Assembly (NCBI GenBank): GCA_951406725.2
Contig: OX597828.1
Coordinates: 2,232,001 to 2,296,000 of the forward strand
DNA from: Octopus vulgaris
Taxonomy: Eukaryota
Reading direction: 5' to 3'
DNA: 64,000 nucleotides
Shown: positions 13,707-27,260 of the stretch, piece by piece
How the letters are laid out: each line of letters begins with the position of its first letter
How positions within the stretch are numbered: position 1 is the stretch's first letter
The notes under the pieces: generated by a model
The model's database searches: none
What the model was told of the DNA's origin: nothing
The model's input: the letters and a program-made list of their open reading frames with translations, nothing else
Program-made: the position numbers and the translations under genes

Positions 13707-13903
13707 TATACATATATACATATATATACATACATACATATATATGCATATATATATACACATATATACATATACATATATACATATATATAGACATATA
13801 ATTACAAAAATATATATATACATATATAGACATATACATATGTATACATACATATATATGTATATATATATGCATATACATATACATATATATATAAACA
13901 TGT

Positions 13904-13980
<77 letters not shown>
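13596..13980. repeat. (TA)n/(TACA)n compound microsatellite
   Basis: Direct inspection; similar tracts at 16888-17020, 17400-17890, 42345-42600. Confidence 0.95.
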
Positions 13981-13984
<4 letters not shown>

Positions 13985-14078
13985 ATCCAAACAAGAAAGC
14001 ACAAAAAAACACAACAACGCGAGGACGTGGAACAAATATAGTATTATTGGACGGTCAGGAAAGAAGGAAAGAAAGAGG

Positions 14079-14113
14079 GTTTAACGTTTCGAGCGGAGCT
14101 CTTCGTCGGAAAC
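14079..14113 (-). ncRNA. Minimal type I hammerhead variant in a PLE-type terminal repeat remnant (about 13981-14185)
   Basis: GUUU-CCGACGA-A-GAGC(UCC)GCUC-GAAAC-GUU-AAAC. Confidence 0.65.
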
Positions 14114-14241
14114 ATGGGAGAAGGAAAGTTCCAGAGAAGGGAAGATAGAGGAAAAAACTCGCCAACGGTACACACGAGGTCACATATATATACATATACA
14201 TACACATTTATACATATATACATGTACATATATACATATAG

Positions 14242-14772
14242 CATGAACAGGATAAACTACCCATATTTTGCAGAAAAATGTGTCGGCGGCCAGCCATGAG
14301 ACTCGAACTCATAGTCCTGTTATTTCGCGTCCAGTGCTTTACCTTTTGGCTAAACTGTTCATGCTATATTATTAGCATTATCTTGCGTTTGAGAATAACA
14401 TTATTTCCTTATCTTTCAATACATCGTAACGCTTCAAAACCAGACTTTGTTTACGTTCATCGTAATTTGAATTTAACCTACGATAGCTTTTTATAAAGTT
14501 ACACTCATATATCCTAAATTTGTAGAATAATTTGTTGTTGGGTCAGTTTAACTTAATGGTAAGGCACTGGACACGTAATCACAGGCATGTGAATTCGAGT
14601 CTCATGGCTGGACGCCAACACATTTTTCTTCGCAATATGGCTAGTTTATCCTGTTCATGTCATATTATTAGCATTATACTGAGTTTGAGAATAAAATTAT
14701 TTCCTTAGCTTTCGATACATCTCAACGCTTCTAGAGTAGACCTTGTTTACTCCCATCGTAATTTGAATTTAA
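14242..14772. mobile_element. tRNA-derived SINE-like element in partially inverted tandem arrangement
   Basis: tRNA-like head at 14541-14612 (TAATGGTAAGGCA...TTCGAGTC); 14242-14357 is its reverse complement; body repeated directly at 14355-14476 and 14651-14772. Confidence 0.65.
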
Positions 14773-15031
14773 TATACTCATACACACACATCTATCTATC
14801 TATATATATAAATGTGTGTGTGTGTGTATTTATATATATATACATATATCAAAAACCATGTGTTATAATACTATTTCACAACGATACCAACAATCCAACG
14901 TACATCCATCATTAGCTGCCCCACGGATATCATTATGTTTTCGACACCTGGTCAGTACCATTCAATCTGGCGGTGTCAACATCTGTAAAACAAATGTTGT
15001 TTGGAAATATATATATATATATATATATATA

Positions 15032-15426
15032 GTGACGTATATTTGCCATTTCAATATGGCTAACCCCTAAGGGTGGATGCTACTGTAGTTTTTAGCCCCA
15101 GGAGGACACACTCATCCAGCTGGCCATAGACACACTTTGTGTGTCCTGTCAGTATTTGCAAAGGGAAGTCATCCTTCCCGTCTTCAACTTATGATACACA
15201 CGGACTCGAGTTTCGAGGTATTGACCTCTCGTCAGCGTGTGACAATCACAGTTGTCGGCGAGAATTAGATTTCCTTCACAAATACTTATACTTTTTCCAG
15301 CGTCCACTGTCGCTGATATTGAAAAAGTGAAATCAAACAATGATAAATATCAAAGTGAGTTATCTACAGTAGCGGTAACACATCGTGACGTATATTTGCC
15401 ATTTCAATATGGCTAACCCCTAAGGG

Positions 15427-15427
<1 letters not shown>
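15032..15427 (-). mobile_element. Retrozyme-like / non-autonomous PLE unit: 353-bp monomer plus 43-bp terminal redundancy, inserted in (TA)n
   Basis: Identical 43-bp direct repeats 15032-15074 and 15385-15427; internal canonical HHR; no recognisable coding domain. Confidence 0.75.
15197..15241 (-). ncRNA. Type I hammerhead ribozyme, canonical core
   Basis: CACACG-CUGACGA-GAGG(UCAAUA)CCUC-GAAAC(UCGA)GUC^CGUGUG; predicted cleavage between 15203 and 15202. Confidence 0.88.
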
Positions 15428-15503
<76 letters not shown>

Positions 15504-15506
<3 letters not shown>

Positions 15507-16606
15507 CAATAAATGGCGGGGTTGCGTTGACCGCACGTGGAGAAATGATAGGCAAGGAAAAATTTTAAAAAGGCAGAAGGTAAATTTTAATGAAAATGGG
15601 CGTATGGAAAATTTTTTTAAAAATATATATATTAATTCAAACCGGTTTCCGTCGCAATGCGACTTTTCAACAATTGTAAGGTGAAAAGAAATTTTTTTTA
15701 TAATTGAGGAGGAGGAAAAAAGAAAATTACATTGTTTTTTGCAAAAAAGTAATAAACATATACAAAAATTAAAAAATAGGTACACTGATACATTGTAAAG
15801 TCTTTGTGTATCTCGAGTTCAATGATAGTGCTTGGAAAAATTACCTTGGAGGATTAAGATCCATGTGATTAAATCCATGTAGGATGTTTGTTAAATGAAT
15901 GTCAAAACAGGAAATGGGGTAGGAGTTATCCAGTTCCTGTGAGTAAGGAGAGACAACTCTGTGGGTTTTATGCTCTTCAATTGGGGTTATCAATTTTTTG
16001 TAAGATAGGATGTTAATAGACCTTAAATTATAAAATTATCATTTTAGCTTCATTTGCATTATCTTTTTTTATATAATTGTTTGCTAACTTAACATTCAGA
16101 TTTTAACACTTTATTTATATTGTTTTCTAATTATATAAATTTACATAAACCAATTTATAATTTCATTTCAGATTGTTATGTCATATATAATAAAAATAAT
16201 AATAATAATAATAATGATAAATAAAGAATATAAGTTATAACTTGAAGTGATGACTGCATGATATCCAAACTATCATTGAACTCGAAATACACAAAGACTT
16301 TACAATGTATCGGTGTTCCTATTTTTTAATGTTTGTATATGTTTATTATTTTTTTCAAAAAACAATGTAATTTTCTTTTTTACCTCTCCTCAATTATAAA
16401 AAAAAAATTCCTTTCACCTTACAATTCTTGAAAAGTGGCATTGCGACGAAAACCTGTTTGAATTAATATATATATTTAAAAAAAAATTTTTTTTAATTTT
16501 CCATACACCCATTTTCATTAAAATTTGCCTTCAATTCTGCCTTTTTATAATTTTTCCTTGCCTATCATTTCTCCACGAGCGGTCAACGCAACCCCGCCAT
16601 TTATTG

Positions 16607-16665
<59 letters not shown>

Positions 16666-16884
16666 AAACAACACTTGTTTTAGAGATGTTGACACTGCCA
16701 GATTGAATGGTACTGACCAGGTGTCGAAAACATAATGATATCCGTGGGGCAGCTAATGATGGATGTACGTTGGATTTGAATTAATATATATATTTAAAAA
16801 AATTTTTTTTCAATTTTCCATACACCCATTTTCATTAAAATTTACCTTCAATTTAGTATTCTGCCTTTTTATAAGTTTTCCTTG

Positions 16885-16888
<4 letters not shown>
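15504..16888. repeat. Inverted and tandem PLE-type terminal repeats, with HHR variants in the two inverted copies
   Basis: 15504-15829 is the reverse complement of 16269-16609; partial third copy 16775-16888; HHR-like motifs at 15634-15675 (-) and 16423-16464 (+). Confidence 0.7.
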
Positions 16889-16956
<68 letters not shown>

Positions 16957-17579
16957 AATATATATGCATATATACATATATATATGGACATATATATACA
17001 TATGGACATATATATATAAATCGTGAATTTTAATTTTATTTAATTTCTTTGCGGGAGCAACTGCTTTATCAAAGGCGTATTTTGTCGTTGAATTACTGGA
17101 AATACGGATTCGATATATATACAGATATATATACACATTCTCGCCATTCTCTGTCTTCCACTCTCTCTCATCTTACTTTCTTTTCATAACCTGTATTTCT
17201 TTCTGATTCAGCTGGACGCATTAGAGGCATTTATGTCTGTCTCTTGTCCAAGCTTGCTTCTTTGCGTTCGCCACCTCACCTTGTTTTCCATTTCTTTCTT
17301 TTGTTATTGCAAAAATAGTTCATATTCCATGTATTCGTATTTATCTCATATTTTCGTTTTTTATGTTGTTTACGTTCCGTGACGTCCTGTGCCCACATAT
17401 GCCTATGTGTATATGTATAGATGTATGTACATATACGTATGTCTATATGCATATATATATATATATATATATTATTCATATTACATATATATCTACATAT
17501 ATAAACATATATGCATATGTATATATATGCACATAAAATATATATACACATATATATGTATATACATACGTTTATACAT

Positions 17580-17682
<103 letters not shown>

Positions 17683-17776
17683 CCAACCAACGAATATATA
17701 TATGCATATAAAAATATATATACACATACATATGTATATACATACGTATATACATATACATACGTATATATATATT

Positions 17777-17875
<99 letters not shown>

Positions 17876-17894
17876 TATATAATATATATAAACT

Positions 17895-18805
17895 GCGTGA
17901 TCTTAGCATAGTTGGAAAACTGGGAGAATGGCTTCATGACTTTCTGAAAGATAGAAGTCAGGTGGTAGTAGCCAATGGGGCCACTTCCATTAACACGCAA
18001 ATAGTGAGCGGTGTTCCGCAGGGCACTGTTCTGGGACCACTACTGTTCATAATGGCCCTCTCAGACATGCCCTCAGCCACGCAGAGAGCCACGATCACAA
18101 GTTATGCAGATGATACAAAAGTTTCACAGGCAATACAGAACCCTGAGGACACTAAACGCCTGCAATGTGAGCTGGACAAAATATACAAGTGGGCTGAAAA
18201 AAATAGCATGCAGTTCAATGCTGAAAAGCCACTTTGACTATTGCTCTCAGCTATGGTCACCATCTAGTGTCAAGTTGATCACAGAACTTGAGGCGATCCA
18301 ACGTAGCTACACGAAGAAGATAGCCTCTGTGCAGAATATAAGCTACTGGGAAATACTCAAGAGATTAAAACTCTATTCCTTGGAGCGTAGGCGAGAAAGA
18401 TATGCCATAATATACATCTGGAAGATCCTGGAAGGACTTGTCCCAAACTTTGGCATCGAGAGTTACACAAATGCCAGAACTGGGCGCCACTGCGTGGTGC
18501 CAAGGACTCCAAATTTGCCATCAAGATGTAGGACAAGATACTGTGATAACCTGGGCTTCTGAGGCCCACAGCTCTTCAATATCCTTCCGAAGAACCTAAG
18601 AGACCTGCATGGGGTGGATGCAGATGTCTTTAAAATGAAACTGGATCTCTTCTTGTCAGGTATTCCAGATGAACCAACTTCACGGCAGGAGGTACAGATG
18701 AGGGCAGCTGCATCGAACTCTCTCATGCACCAAATGGCAGTTGTTAAAAAGCATTCGTGAAGTAAAATTATGTAGCAACACCAAATGGCGGTGCCCGTGA
18801 GCTGA
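17895..18805 (+). mobile_element. CR1-like LINE 3' fragment with internal deletion
   Basis: [26 protein letters not shown] then LKLYSLERRRERYAIIYIWKI. Confidence 0.85.
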
Positions 18806-18844
18806 AACTAGAATCAATATATATATATGTATATAATATATATA

Positions 18845-18893
<49 letters not shown>

Positions 18894-18959
18894 CACATAT
18901 GTATACTTTTACTCTTATTCTTTTACTCATTTCAGCCATGCGGCTGTGGTCATGCTTAA

Positions 18960-20295
18960 ATTCCACCATGGTCTTTCTGACTTCCTCAGTCTGGGTGTTT
19001 CACATCACCTCTCCTGTATGTGCCTTTCTCCCAGCTTTTGGTACATTTGATGTATAACTGAGTTTGAGTCCGCAGCCCTCGTCTGTGCCTCATGTCGGGC
19101 TGTTGGTTCATCCGGCATTTTTGTGGCAGGCCATTGAAAAGCTGTGGGCCTTTGAACCCTAGACTATTGCAATACCTGGTCCTTAATTTAGATGGACTGG
19201 ACAGTACCTTTGGTACAATGCAATGGCTGCCAGTACTGGCATTTGTATAACACTCAATGCCAAAGTTAGGTACTAGCCCTTCTAGGATGTTCCATATGTA
19301 TACTATTGCGTATCTGTCACGTCTTCGCTCCAAGGAGTAAAGCTGTAGTTTTCTCAGCCTATTCCTATAGCTCATCCACTGCACTTTTTCAATCTTTTTA
19401 GTGTAGTGGCGTTGGAGTGCATCAAGTTCCGCTGTTAGTTTGGCACTATGTGGTGACCATAACTAGGAACAGTAGTCCAGGCGGCCGAGAACAAAGGTTC
19501 TCCATGGGGTCAACATACTTTCTTGGTCTCTTGTCTTGAAGGATCTCAGTATCCATCCTACCTGTTATCTGCAATTTGCCACCATCTTGCTTATGTGCAT
19601 ATGATATGATGCATCATTGCACATGCTGATCCCCAAGTCTTTCACTACTTGTGATCCTGGGATTGTAGTGCCTTCGGGTCCTGAAAATGTACATTGTACT
19701 ATATTTGTACTGAATTTATATTGCAGTGCTTGAAATTTTCCAGCATTAAACTGCATGTTGTTTATTTCGGCTCACGTGTATACTGAGTTCAGGACCCACT
19801 GTAAGCTTATAATATCTTCTTGGTTTTTTACTGCCTGTGATAATTTTGTGTCATCGACATAGCTAGAGACAGTAGCTGTCCGAGTGACTGCGGGCATGTC
19901 TAAGAGGGCTATTATGAACAGTAATGACCCCAGAACAGTTCCCTGTGGGACACCACTGACGATACCAATTTCCTCACAAAGGGCGCCATTGGCTGCAACC
20001 ACCTGACTTCTGTTTTTAAGGAAGTCATGCAGCCATTCTCCCAAGGTCTCGTAGCTTATGACTTATCCTGCCATGATCTACCTTATCAAATGCCTTTGCA
20101 AAGTCAAGGTATATCACACTGACATTTGAATGGTCAAGCAGTTGTTTTAAAACCCAGTTATAGTGCTGAAGGGCTGTGTGATGCAGGTTCTTCCTGGGCG
20201 GGAGCCATGCTAAGTATTGTTCAGTAGATAATTTTCTTCTGGGAACATTGTCAACTTCTTTCTGATGATTCGCTCCATGACTTTACTGATATGCG
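18960..20295 (-). mobile_element. CR1-like LINE fragment, second related copy, tail-to-tail with the previous one
   Basis: [40 protein letters not shown]. Confidence 0.85.
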
Positions 20296-20299
20296 AAGT

Positions 20300-23200
20300 C
20301 CTGGATAGTCATGTGAAAATATGGTAAGGTTCTAGCTGCAGATTACTATACATGTAGTCTCTATGAGTGCACATAGAGCAACATACGCGCGCTGCCATAT
20401 TGGATGGCTAACTACAACAATAAAATGTAGGGAGAAAAATGAGTTTACACCTCAATAACTCTACCTTAGACAAAAATTAATGAAACTTTATGGCAACTCT
20501 TCCCACGGAGCTGTTGAGGGAAAGCTAATCACTTTAAAACATGAGCTCAGGACGATGAGCGAGAAACTCTGCTTTCGCAAGCGAATTTTTGAACGAGCTA
20601 GTATCAATCGCAAGTTTGCTTCCAGCCCGCAAGCATTATACAGAGATATGAGGAAGGAAAATATTACCATTAAGAAAGCTCCCTCCCAAGGAGATCTGCA
20701 ATCATTCTGGTCAAAAATTTGGAACGAAAAGAGGGATCTCAACTTGATTGCATCATGATTAAATATAATTCAGAGAGAATACTGTACCAACATTAAGAGT
20801 AAAACATACAAAACTGATGCAGAAACCTTCGCTATAGCAGTAGGCAAACTGCAGAATGGGAAGGCACCTGGAAGGAAGCTAATGGTTGGATATTAGTACA
20901 AGAATCTGACATTTTATAGAAACCAATTGATATGTATGTTCAAAAGGACTATGGAAGATATACCACATTGGCTTGATACACCAAGGGCAAATCTTGCTGC
21001 CAAAAATAAAATCACTAAGATGGTAGGAAACTACAGGCGTATTACTTACCTAAATATTACGTAGAAACTGTGTACAAATTGCCTCAACCAATTCCACCAG
21101 GACCATTGTGAGTCGAACAACATTGTGACTGATAAACAGGCTGCTGGAAAGAAGGGAGTGTGGTGGGTGCCAAACAACTTTTAATAAACAAAGTTGTTTT
21201 GTCTGAAGTAAGAAAACAACGCAGAAAACTTGTGACTGTATGACTTGACTATAAGAAGGCATTCGACTCTCATTCATAGCTAACCCCCATTCATGGCTGC
21301 TGAAATGCCTACATCTGGCAGAAGTACCTATAACCCTAATGGCTGCTATAGAGAAACTCACAAAGACATGGACAACTATTCTTACCCTTACAACTGAGAA
21401 GAGAATAATTATTTTAGATATTATAGGCATTACAAAGGGAATATTGCTAGGAGATAGTCTTTCTGTACTTCTTTTCATTTTCGTACTGAATCCATTTTCG
21501 TTCCTACTGCAGAAAACAAATGGTTACATGCTAGGATCTTCAACTGCCAGAAATATCAATATAACTCATATTTTCTTTGTAGACGACCTCAAGATTTATG
21601 CTAAAAGTGTTAACAATGTCGAAAAGCAACTGGAATTAATAACATTTTCAGCTGATATAGGCATGGAATTTGCCCGAAAGAAATGTTCATATTTGGTTAT
21701 AGAACGAAGAAAGTCAGTTCCCCCATACCCAAAACTTGTGCATCACCGGTCTCTCTATCTCCCCCATTCCACACAAAAATGTTACAAGTACTTAGGCATA
21801 AACGAAAATCTATCATATGAAGGCACTGTGAATAAAGATAGAGTGACCCGAGAATATTATACCAGACTTAGGAAAATATGGCAGTCGGAACTCTCCTCTA
21901 ACAACAAAATAATATCGCACAATGCATTTGCAGTACCAGGGCTGATCCCAACATTTAGGATACTCAATTTGTCTGCAGAGGAAATCCACTCCATTGATAT
22001 CAAAACCCGCAAAATCTTGACAACTGGGAACTTCCACAGAAACAGTGATGTTGACAGGTTCTACCTAAGAAGAAATGAAGGTGGTAGAGGCCTGCGATCA
22101 GTGCAGACGGCCTTCGAATGCCGTGTGGTATCACTCAGGCAGTACCTGATAAACAACAGCAGCAAAAATAAATATTTTAATGCAGTCCTGAAAAGTAAAG
22201 TGAGCAACATTGTACGAGTTGGTAGTGAACTCTTCAAGAAACACTCTCTTCCTGGTGATCCCCTATACAGCCCCAAAACAGCTGGGCTCTCTTGCCTCAG
22301 AGAAGACCTGGATGGAAAGCACTCAGCATATAAAAGAAAAGGCCGTGCATGTGTATTTTTCCCGAAAGCTTGAAGACAGTAGAATTGACACGGAGCGCAG
22401 CCTCTCTTGGATACAAGGCCACTACATCACATCACATTTTGAAAGCTATGCGTTTGCAATCCAGGAACAGGAGATTGCCATAAAGCACCTAGTGAACAAG
22501 AGATACAGTGACGCTCGTGTAATCACAAGGTGCAACCGCATGTGTAGGCTATGTCACGTTTCCGTGGAAGACACCACGCATGTTATTAGCAGCTGTCCTA
22601 AAATGTCGTCACGGTTACTATCTCCCTATGCGGCACGATGTTGTTGCTAAAACAATTTACTACGCCATCCGCAAAAAAGACTGTCCTGAAATAAACTTAG
22701 AAAATCCCTCTGTTATGGAATACATTCATAAACACCAACTCAAGGAATACTGGTGGAATATTCCCGTCAAAACGTCTGTCAAATGTAAGCATAACAGGCC
22801 GGATATTGTTGTTTGGGACAGAGGGGAAAAGGTATGTAAGATCATAGAGCTTAGCTGCCCTGCAGATATAAATATGTCTTTGAAAATCAAAGTAAAAGAG
22901 GCTATCTATGAATAATTGCTTCGAAACCTCCAGATTCTCTATCCAGACTATGAATTCATATTCACACCAATAATAATTATAATTGGAGCACTAGATTTTG
23001 TCAGTAAATGCTTAAAGAAGAATCTGGTTAAACTGGGACTTTCAGAAAGAGGAACTGACCGGCTGATTCATACATTAGAAGTCCAATCTATGAGTGGAAC
23101 AGTAAAAATATGCAAGACTTTTCTCAAGTTCCAAATGTGAATTCGTCTGTATTAACTACAGCCCAAAGATGGAGCCTTGTATCTTTGTTGGAAACCAGCT

Positions 23201-23325
23201 CCCTTCTCAGTGTACATACGATTTATAATATAGTCATTAAGAATTTTATAAGATTTTCAACTTTATTGTTATATTTCCTTTGCTATTATATTGTTATTGC
23301 TAATAAATTGCTATTTAGTGGTTAA
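20300..23325 (+). mobile_element. R4/Dong-like non-LTR retrotransposon (RT + CCHC + RLE), degraded
   Basis: DYKKAFDS, GILLGDSLS, FFVDDLK, YKYLG, GGRGL, AIQEQEI, CRLC..HVISSC, RHD, RPDI..IELSCP. Confidence 0.88.
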
Positions 23326-25760
23326 ATGTGCAGAGTGTTTTCAGGAATTACAGCACATATTCATGTATACGTATCCTCTAATATACACAGAATTAGATTT
23401 CTCAGAAATGCTTTCTATACAGCAAGGTATGGTGTATCAAATAAGCCTAATCTAATTTTCTAGTTTTATCTTTCCTTTTATCAACGAGCTTCAATTTAAT
23501 TTTGTATCCATGGAAGTGAATATGTATCTTTGTATGGGAACTACATAAACCTGCACCGATCAGAAGCGTCTCTGGAATTACAGAAATTAAAATTATTACT
23601 GTTACATTTTTGAATGGGTAATGTATACATACACATATACATTTTATTTCCTTTAAGTACCAATAAGTAACAAACTATTTTTGTCGTGAGTTGGTAAAAC
23701 CTTCGAGTGACCTTATTTTACAGTTATTGTGACATGACTGAAGACTATATCATAAGATGTATTGGCCAATTAATACCAGTCGATGTACAGTTGATCTTAT
23801 ATGAAAGAAACCTAGGAGAACCTGCAGCGCACGAAATAAAATATTTCAAAGTAAGCAATCCAATTTGACACGTAATATAGAAGTTCCAACAGGTTTCCCT
23901 GTAGAATCAAATATTTAGACATCACAATAAGTTCACAGCACACTAATTACATAATATTACTAAGATTCTCACAAAAAATACCTTTTTGAGGGAAAATTAA
24001 TAACACACTATTATCAACATCTTATGAAAACCTGTCTACAATATACGGTGGATATAAAATCTAAGCTCTTGGAAGAAAATTTATAACTCTGACACCTGTA
24101 CTGAAGAACTTTATTGAAAAATTGCGTTATCAGAACTGACAATATCACCGGACGTAATGATAAACTAGATTAAAAAAACACTGAAAACTGGAAAAAAACA
24201 AAAACAAAAAGCAAAATAAAACAAATAGCGAAAACAAAGACATCAGTTACAAAGAGCCGATATTTATTCATTCTAGTCTTAATTACAGATTGAAATGAAC
24301 GATTTCAACTATAATTCATTATAACCAAAGCGAATCAACGCCGTTATTATCTACGAAATTTATACTAGAGCTGCAGGGAATCTGTAGAAAAGAAAAGCAA
24401 AAGGAAGCAAGATACAGACTGTCGCTTATCCATTAATGTCTAATTTAATAAAAATATGAATGGTGGTTTTTGTGTATCAAACTGATTTGTCGTAACGCTG
24501 ATAATAACAGAAAACTATAAGTCGATTACTTGCTTGAACATTATGTATGAGCCCTGCATAAGAGGTTAGTGTTAAATGCCACATGTTCCAAAAGACGGTA
24601 ATTAATGAGTAAAGAAGTGGGTGTATGTACCGAACAATATTTAATAAAGCTCTACTATTTGAGGGGAAAACAACAATAAAATAGCAGCATTATCAACAGC
24701 TCCAAAGCATTGTTACAGACTGGCATGATTATGAAACAGCGGCTGAATGTATTCCTTATTGAAGAAATCAATAAACTTGGTGGAAATATCAGTTGAATAA
24801 GTGAAAGGATCACAAAGTGTGGTCAACCGGCTTAACGTATCAGATTAAAAACCCGAAAAGTCTTTAGATCTGTCAAAAGAAATATTCCAAAGGAGAGAGC
24901 TTCTCCAAGGTTTTATGTTGTTCATTTTGACGTAAAACCCACTATAATTTCTTTATGTAAACCGACAAAATATTAAGCCTATCCTTTATCTTTTTGTAAC
25001 CAATTGAAAATATTAACAGAGCTAAGAGATAATTGGATTTAATATCAATTTTTTTTTTAGTTTATATAGTATATTTGTAAAAAGTATTTATGTTTTAGAA
25101 CCACACGTTGGGAAATTTATCTCCAAGGCGACAGCATCCACATCAAAGGTTTCTTTGATACACTGCTCCAAAAATGGACTGCTAAGGTGACAAAAATGCA
25201 TCAGAAAACGATAAGCATGAATAAGCAAGAAAACTTAGTAGTAGAAGCTGTCCTTTTGTAACAAGAAAATAACTCGCAATGAATTTTCAGTACCAGACCT
25301 GATACCAATAACTGAGTTACTACACTTGACTATAAAAGAGATCCTTTCCAGTGACATTAAAATCTACGAAGTCCGAACATCAATTAGAAATAACATTATT
25401 TAGAGACTGGGTTGTATGGTACCCAGTCAAATAGCAGTTGTTAAATGACACCCATGAAAATAAGTCATCATCATCAATAAACATATAGAAAGACTGGTAT
25501 TTAATTCTTTCTTTCTGTTTTGTCTTGCGGACCGAATTCAATTGCGGACATTACCACCGATGATCGGATGTTGAAACTTTCACAAATTATACAAGAATAA
25601 CAAAGAAAGGACACCATAATATTATAGGATACCTTTGGCACAGAAACTCAGTCAAGTGACAGAACCTCTGTTTCACAAGAAAAGTCCACATGCTGTATAT
25701 ACTCACACCCTAAACAAAAGGATTAAGATTGCGTTGATATGCCTCTATTTTCTGTAAATA

Positions 25761-27260
25761 TCTATAATTCTGCTTGTTCGTTCGTTCACGCTCTACGCTT
25801 TAGCTAGACAGAGTAAGGAGAAGTGGAGTAAGTGAAACTTGGAGTGAAAGAGAGAAGGGAAGTGATAGGGAGGGGAGTGAGAGAGAGAGACGGAGGGAGG
25901 GGAAGTGTGTGAAAGGTGGAGCGAGAGAGAGGGAAGAAGGACGAAGAGTGAGAGAAAGAAGTAGAGAAGAATAAAGAGAGAAAGAAGAGAATACGTTAAG
26001 CTGTCATGGGGTTAGTTGAAGAGCGAAGTGTAAAGCGTGAAAAAAAAAGGGGTGGAGAGAAGTGTTAATGATGTGAGGTAGAGAGAAAGTAATAGCTATT
26101 GTGTGATTAAAAAGTTAGTTGAAGGGAAAGATATAGAGAATGAGAGTTAGAAATACAATGTTTAGCAGAGGAGTGATGTTCTGGTGGTGCGGTTGAAAAG
26201 AGAGAGAGAGAGAGAGAAAGAGAAAGAGAGAGAGAAAGAGAGAGAAAAGAGGCAGTTACATTGAGAATGAGAAGCAGAGGGAGAGAGAACATAATGATGT
26301 CATTGCCAGCCGATGCATTACGCTGTCAACGTAGTTAGTAGAAACGAGAGGTGAAACGACGAGAAGATGAGAATGGCATGATTAAAAAGTTTGTTAAAGT
26401 AAGTGGTAGAGAGAAAAAAAGAGAAAGGAAATAAAAAGTGTTTAACAGAAGGAAATTTTAAATATCATTCGTCAGAGTAGATAGATACATCGACAGCAAG
26501 AAGAGTAGATATGAAACAAACTACTGAAATGGAATGAAATGAAAAATAATCTTGGTTTGCAAACAACCTAGACTGAGCTTTGTTACTGAAAGCTATAATG
26601 ATGGTGGTGAAGTGGGATGGTGAGTGAATAGTGAAAAGTGTAGTTTTATTGAACTAAATTTTTTATATTGCTTATCACGTAACGCATGCACATAAATGCA
26701 ATTATTCATCATGTGCTCGCTTGAAAATTGACATCTATTTATAAAATATGAATGACAGACAACTTAAGCTAACAAAAGACATAATAAGTTGGCATAGGCA
26801 ACGACCTAAAGGGAAGCATAGGGTCGAATCACTAGAATAAGCTCGGGAGCAGCAACATAGAAGAGAAAATATGAGAAATCAGTGGGTATTGACAACATAT
26901 AAGAGAACGTGCTCAAAATGAAATAGAAAATGAAAATGAGAACGTCGAAAAAACTGCAAACATATTCTTTTCTACTCTAGGCACAAGGCCCGAAATTTTG
27001 GGGGAGGGAGCCAGTCGATTAGATGGACCCCATTGCACAAATGGTACTTAATCTATCGACCCCGAAAGGATGAAAGGCAAAGTCGACCTCGGCGGAATTT
27101 GAACTACAAACATATTGCAACATTGGTGATAAGAATATTATTTTCAATCATTGTGAAGTTCTTAGATTTATAAACGAACGTCTGAACTGCTGAGAGAATG
27201 AGAAAGTCATGCCCCTTCATTTACACCCTTATCCAGAGGAAATAAGGAAGAAGATACAAT
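25761..27260 (+). mobile_element. Helitron relic (5' region and N-terminal zinc-finger remnant)
   Basis: 27122-27247 reads IGDKNIIFNHCEVLRFINERLNC*ENEKVMPLHLHPYPEEIR, like the Helitron RepHel N-terminal CxxC...CC..GKV motif; possible A|TC 5' end at 25761; GA-rich tract between. Confidence 0.5.
26967..27106 (-). mobile_element. 5'-truncated SINE with target-site duplication
   Basis: Reverse complement matches 58920-59056; CAAACATATT at 26957-26966 and 27107-27116. Confidence 0.85.

Noticed and set aside
13542-14148. Long YI/IY, CV, HT and poly-I/poly-Y ORFs here and at 16763-18000, 28359-28683, 42273-42746, 55855-56943, 57551-57948
   Set aside because: They are translations of (TA)n, (TG)n and (TAA)n microsatellites, not genes
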